A stretch of DNA of 64,000 nt from an uncultured bacterium (GTDB lineage: Bacteria; Chloroflexota; UBA5177; JANWHV01). The notes beneath the pieces were generated by a model. That model was not told the origin of the DNA and ran no database searches. It saw only the letters and a program-made list of their open reading frames with translations. Below, in pieces: positions 59,370-64,000 of the stretch; within the stretch, counting starts at the first letter, position 1, and every line of letters starts with the position of its first letter. The translations under genes and the position numbers were made by a program. Location: assembly GCA_963827235.1 (NCBI GenBank), contig CAWHAE010000009.1, positions 1,232,239-1,296,238 of the forward strand, given 5' to 3'.

Positions 59370-61343
59370 ATGTGTGGCATTGCGGGCCGGGTGACGGCCC
59401 GACAAGTACGCTCAGACGTCGAGCGAATGCTGGCGGTATTGGAGCACCGCGGACCCGATGACCGCGGCATACATGTTGAGGGCGCCATCCAGCTCGGCTT
59501 CTGTCGTCTTGCCATCGTCGACCTCTCCCCAGCCGGGCACCAGCCCATGTCAAACGAGGACGGCACGATCTGGCTGGTGTTCAACGGCGAGATCTACAAC
59601 TATCAGCCGCTCGTGTCGGAGCTGAAGGCGCGCGGCCACGCCTTTCGGTCGCGTACCGATACGGAGACCATCATTCACGCCTATGAGGAGTGGGGAGTGG
59701 AGTGCGTCCATCGCTTCAACGGCATGTTCGCGTTTGCCCTCTGGGACGGCAGGCGCGAGAGGCTGTTCTGCGCGCGCGACCGCTTCGGCGTCAAGCCGCT
59801 CTACTATGTGCATGGTGAACACACCGGTGACTTCGTCTTTGCCTCGGAGATCAAGGCTCTGCTCCAGGATCCGGCGGTGCCGCGGCGTGCCAACCGGCAG
59901 ATGATCCTGGACTTCTTGTCCATCGGTCTCCTTGACCACACGGATCAGACGTGCTTCGAAGGCGTCATGCAACTGCCCGCCGCGCACTACCTGGTGCTTG
60001 AGCGAGGCAAGACGACCCTGCATCGCTACTGGGACGTACTACCAACTACGTGCGAGACCAGGGCGCAGCCGTGTGCGAGCGAACGCAGGCGTTGGGCCGC
60101 CGATCTCCGCGATCTGCTGGAGGACTCGGTGCGGCTGCGACTGCAGGCCGACGTGCCGGTCGGCACGTGTCTCAGCGGTGGCCTCGACTCATCGACCATC
60201 GTCTGCCTGGCAAACCGGTTGCTCTTCAACGAAGATGCCGGCCTCCAGTGGCACGAACGCGGCCAGCGGCAGAAGACGTTCTCGGCCTGTTACGACGACG
60301 AACGTCACGACGAGCGGACGTTCATACAGGCCGTCCTTGACGCCACCGGGGCCGAGGCCAACTTCACGTTCCCGGGCAAGCACGCCTCACTCGAGGAGCT
60401 CATTCCGCGTGTGATCTGGCACCAGGATGAGCCTTTCGGCTCGACCAGCATCCTGGCGCAGTGGCACGTCATGGAGGCGGCACACCGCCGGGGCGTCACC
60501 GTGCTGCTCGACGGCCAGGGGGCAGATGAATTGCTGGCCGGGTACCATTACTACTTCGGCGCTGCACTTGCAGACGATGTGCTATCGCTCCGCCCAGGCC
60601 AGCTCGCGCGCGACCTCCAGTTCTACCGGCGATATCACGCGCCTAGCTGGACAAGTACCGGTGCGCTCCTGGTCGACGCGCTGTTGCCGCCCTCCTCCGC
60701 TGTTCTGCGGGCTGTGCGCAACCTCTACCGATCTCGACGGCTCGGCGCTCGTGTGCTCAATCGCGAGACCGCTGCCGGCTACCGGCCGAGCGATAGTTGG
60801 ATCGACAACGGTGCCGGCAGGCTGAAGACGCTCCTGTACAACCAGATCGTTTCGTCCAACCTGCCGCAGCTCCTGCACTACGAGGATCGCAACTCCATGG
60901 CCTTCTCGATCGAGGCGCGCACGCCGTTCCTCGACTATCGCATCGCAGAGTTCATGGCGCCGCTTCCCAACAACGCATTCATCGAGCACGGCCTGACGAA
61001 AGTCCTCTTGCGGGACGCCATGCGCGGTGTGTTGCCGGAGAAGGTGCGCAGCCGGCTCGACAAGAAGGGGTTCAGCACGCCCGAGGATACGTGGTTCAGA
61101 ACATCACTTCGCCATTGGGTCAAGGATATTCTTGAGTCGCCAAGCCTTGCATGCCGCGGATTCGTCGACGCTGCGCGGGTACTGGACGTGTTCAACCGCC
61201 ATCTGGCGGGCGAGATCAGCGCCAGTACGCTGATCTGGCGCGTGGTGAACGCAGAGCTCTGGGCGCGCATGTTTCTCGACCCGGCAACCCCGCCGCATGG
61301 CCCGCGCACACTGAGCGCGGGTGTCGATTGCAGAGGGGTGTAG
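59370..61343 (+). CDS. asnB: Asparagine synthase-like glutamine amidotransferase (polysaccharide-associated)
   Basis: MCGIAG, HRGPDD, FNGEIYN, RDRFGVKPLYY, SGGLDSS, DGQGADE, EDRNSMAFSIEARTPFLD; TG-n-TAGGAT at 59279-59287 upstream. Confidence 0.95.
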   Translation: MCGIAGRVTARQVRSDVERMLAVLEHRGPDDRGIHVEGAIQLGFCRLAIVDLSPAGHQPMSNEDGTIWLVFNGEIYNYQPLVSELKARGHAFRSRTDTETIIHAYEEWGVECVHRFNGMFAFALWDGRRERLFCARDRFGVKPLYYVHGEHTGDFVFASEIKALLQDPAVPRRANRQMILDFLSIGLLDHTDQTCFEGVMQLPAAHYLVLERGKTTLHRYWDVLPTTCETRAQPCASERRRWAADLRDLLEDSVRLRLQADVPVGTCLSGGLDSSTIVCLANRLLFNEDAGLQWHERGQRQKTFSACYDDERHDERTFIQAVLDATGAEANFTFPGKHASLEELIPRVIWHQDEPFGSTSILAQWHVMEAAHRRGVTVLLDGQGADELLAGYHYYFGAALADDVLSLRPGQLARDLQFYRRYHAPSWTSTGALLVDALLPPSSAVLRAVRNLYRSRRLGARVLNRETAAGYRPSDSWIDNGAGRLKTLLYNQIVSSNLPQLLHYEDRNSMAFSIEARTPFLDYRIAEFMAPLPNNAFIEHGLTKVLLRDAMRGVLPEKVRSRLDKKGFSTPEDTWFRTSLRHWVKDILESPSLACRGFVDAARVLDVFNRHLAGEISASTLIWRVVNAELWARMFLDPATPPHGPRTLSAGVDCRGV

Positions 61344-61518
61344 CACGGCAGACCGGACCGCTGTCGGTCACGCGTGCCGCGCGGGCTGTACCTGAACGGG
61401 CGCGCGTCGTTCGGTTCCGTCGCACGCGCCCGCTCTGGTGTCATCGGGACACAGGCATCGGCGCGATACTACTGGTGCTACGCCCGCCCATTTGGTTCAT
61501 TGCCACGCGATGTGGCGA

Positions 61519-61527
61519 TGCTATAGT
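61519..61527 (+). promoter_or_regulatory. Extended -10 promoter element, probably giving a leaderless mRNA
   Basis: TG-C-TATAGT, then 6 nt, then ATG 61534; no SD sequence. Confidence 0.55.
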
Positions 61528-61533
61528 TGTGGC

Positions 61534-62196
61534 ATGTTAGGACCAGCAAGAATTCACCCTTCGGCGGAAATCGCATCTTCGGCGTCCATCGGCCCCGGAT
61601 CCCGCATTTGGCATGGCGTGCAGATCCGTGAGGATGTGGTTATCGGCTGCCAGTGCATCGTCGGCAAGAACGTCTACGTCGACTTCGGCGTCCATATCGG
61701 CGACCGCTGCAAGATCCAGAACAACGTCAGCGTATTCCACGGCGCCACGCTCGAGGACGGCGTATTCATCGGGCCGCACGTGTGCTTCACCAATGATCGT
61801 ATCCCGAGGGCGATCTCGCCGAACGGAGAGCTCAAGGGGAACGACGATTGGGAGGTCGGTCCGATCACCTTGAGATACGGCTCCTCGATTGGCGCAGCCT
61901 CAGTCATCCTTCCGGGCGTGACCGTCGGTCGTTTCGCGATGGTTGGCTCGGGCGCGGTCGTCACGCGCGACGTGCCGGACCATGGCCTGGTCGTGGGGAA
62001 CCCGGCGCGACTCGTGGGCTATGTTTGCGCATGCGGTGGTCGACTGGCTTTCGTCGTCGACCCCACAGAGAAGCAAGTTGCCGGAAACGCAGTGCAGTCG
62101 GGCGAAGTCGACGTTCAGCCAACCGCGCGCATGACCTGCGTGCGCTGCGGCGATCTCACTGTCGTGCCTCAAGTGATGAATCCGCGAGGCCGCTAG
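61534..62196 (+). CDS. Hexapeptide-repeat N-acetyltransferase (WbpD/WlbB-like)
   Basis: [43 protein letters not shown] and a C-terminal CxxC. Confidence 0.9.
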   Translation: MLGPARIHPSAEIASSASIGPGSRIWHGVQIREDVVIGCQCIVGKNVYVDFGVHIGDRCKIQNNVSVFHGATLEDGVFIGPHVCFTNDRIPRAISPNGELKGNDDWEVGPITLRYGSSIGAASVILPGVTVGRFAMVGSGAVVTRDVPDHGLVVGNPARLVGYVCACGGRLAFVVDPTEKQVAGNAVQSGEVDVQPTARMTCVRCGDLTVVPQVMNPRGR

Positions 62197-62264
62197 GCGA
62201 CAACCGTGAGCTCCCGGCTCCGTCACCAGATGTCGTGTTTTGTAGCCTCGGAGGAGGTGACTCT

Positions 62265-63333
62265 GTGATTCCGGTAGCAAGGCCGATCATCGGCAAAGAG
62301 GAAGAGGACGCAGTGCTCGCGGCACTGAGATCCGGCCAGATCGCGCAAGGAGCGCGAGTGGAAGAGTTCGAGCGGCGTTTTGCAGCACTGATCGGCTCGC
62401 CGTTTGCCGTCGCATCTTCGTCAGGGACGGCCTCGCTGCACCTGAGCCTGCTTGCGCTCGGTATCGGCAAGGACGACGAAGTGATCACGTCGCCGTTCAC
62501 GTTCATCGCTTCGGCCAACGTGATGCTGTACGTCGGCGCGCGGCCCGTCTTTGCGGACATCGATCCCATCACCTTCAACATCGATCCGGCTGCTATCGAA
62601 GCGAAGATCACACCAAGAACGAAGGCGATTTTGCCGGTACACCTCTACGGGTGTCCCGCGAACATGACGCGCATTTGCGAGATCGCGCAGAGGCATGGAC
62701 TGGCTGTCATCGAAGACGCAGCCCAAGCCCACGGTGCTTCTATCGGGGCCAAGGCAGTCGGTACTTTCGGCGTCGGCAATTTCTCTCTTTACCCCACGAA
62801 GAACATCACCTCGGTCGAGGGCGGTATGCTGACGACGTCCGATGAACGGCTGGCCGGCAGAGTGAGGCCAATGCGCAACCACGGCCAGACGGAGCGATAC
62901 CGCCACGAAATACTGGGATTCAACCTTCGGATGACGGACATTCACGCCGCGGTCGGACTGGCGCAGCTCGGCCGGCTGGCCGAGAGGTGAAGCGTCAGTT
63001 CAACGCGCAGTTTCTCACCAAAGGCCTCCGCGACGTGGTGACGACGCCGGCGGTACCGGAAGGTTACAGCCACGTCTTCCACCAATACACGGTTCGGATA
63101 CCGGGCGGCCGGCGAGATGCGGTCGCGGCCGGTCTTCGTGAGCGTGGTGTCGGCTCAGCAGTGCACTACCCGATTCCTGTACATCAGCAGCCCTTGTACC
63201 AGAGTCTTGGCTACGCCGATTCGTTTCGCATGCCGAACAGGCAGCTCGCGAAGCCTTGTGCCTTCCGGTGCATCCAAGCTTGACCACGGAGGACCTGGAC
63301 AAGATCGTGCAGGAGGTGCGCGCGCTATGCTGA
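62265..63333 (+). CDS. DegT/DnrJ aminotransferase (WbpE-like), two apparent frameshifts
   Basis: GGAGG RBS + GTG 62265; [36 protein letters not shown]; continues in other frames (HVFHQYT, HYPIP, LPVHPSL..EDL); may be a sequencing artefact or a pseudogene. Confidence 0.8.
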
Positions 63334-64000
63334 GAGCAGCGGTCGTCGGGTGCGGCACGATGGGCCGTCACTTGCGCGTACTGTCCGACCTTCCTGATGT
63401 GGATCTCGTGGCGGTCGCAGATGAAGATCCGCGCGAATCACGGACCTGCCGAAGAAATACGGCGTGCGCGCCTTCAGCTCGCACGTGGAAATGCTGGAGG
63501 AGGCGTGCCCGGACTGCGTGGTCGTGGCGGTGCCCACGCTCGCGCATTTCACCGTCGCCATGGACGCCCTCTTGCGTGGCGTCGACACTCTGTGGAGAAG
63601 CCCATCACGTCTACTATCGACGAGGGCGAAGTACTGTCGCGGCGAGCGCAGGAGACCGGGGTGGTGCTGGCCGTCGGGCATGTGGAGCACTTCAATCCTG
63701 CCATATCTGAAGTGAAGCGCAGACTGGACGCGGGCGAGCTGGGCAGGGTCTTTCAAGCAAGCGTACGGCGGCTGGGACCGTTTCCAGAGAGAGTGCGAGA
63801 TGTGGGCGTAGTTCTGGACCTTGCACCCCATGGCATCGATGTGCTCCGCTATCTGCTCGATACCCGGTCGAGCGCGTTTTCATGGAGACCGAGCGGAAGA
63901 TCAATACCGAGCACGAGGACATGGTCAGCGGTACGCTGAGATTCCGCAACGGAGTTCTGGCTTCTCTCGACATCAACTGGCTGACCCCGACGAAGGTCCG
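63327..64000 (+). CDS. Gfo/Idh/MocA NDP-sugar dehydrogenase (WbpB-like), frameshifted and 3'-truncated by window edge
   Basis: Pieces across frames: AAVVGCGTMG, VAVPTLAH, VEKPI, VGHVEHFNPA, DVGVVLDLAPHGID, NWLTPTKVR. Confidence 0.78.

Overview
A GC-rich bacterial chromosomal segment, about 50 CDS. A Chloroflexota-like monoderm is my inference from gene style; no marker gene confirms it. I found no rRNA, tRNA, CRISPR array or transposase. Family calls come from motifs and remembered sequences, not database searches. Left half: a polyprenyl synthase 3' end, TetR/DHA2 efflux pair, a DUF488-DUF488-(dual-OB/TPR/RecQ fusion) operon, a GT-C mannosyltransferase plus secreted glycoside hydrolase cluster, a GbsR-regulated ABC exporter, purEK, lhgO and orphan oppDF. 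The standout is a three-gene glycyl-radical operon (22.0-27.4 kb): a Gfo/Idh/MocA reductase, a ROK sugar kinase fused to a glycyl-radical activating enzyme (apparent CTG start), and a PflD-like glycyl radical enzyme. It may encode a PTS-independent radical anhydro-sugar catabolic route. Right half (36.8-64 kb): a large surface-polysaccharide locus with wzm/wzt, rfbFGH plus a split transketolase (possible branched-chain dideoxy sugar), a GNAT-aminotransferase fusion, Fnl-like genes, asnB and WbpDEB-like genes. The last kb carries several frameshifts that look like consensus errors.
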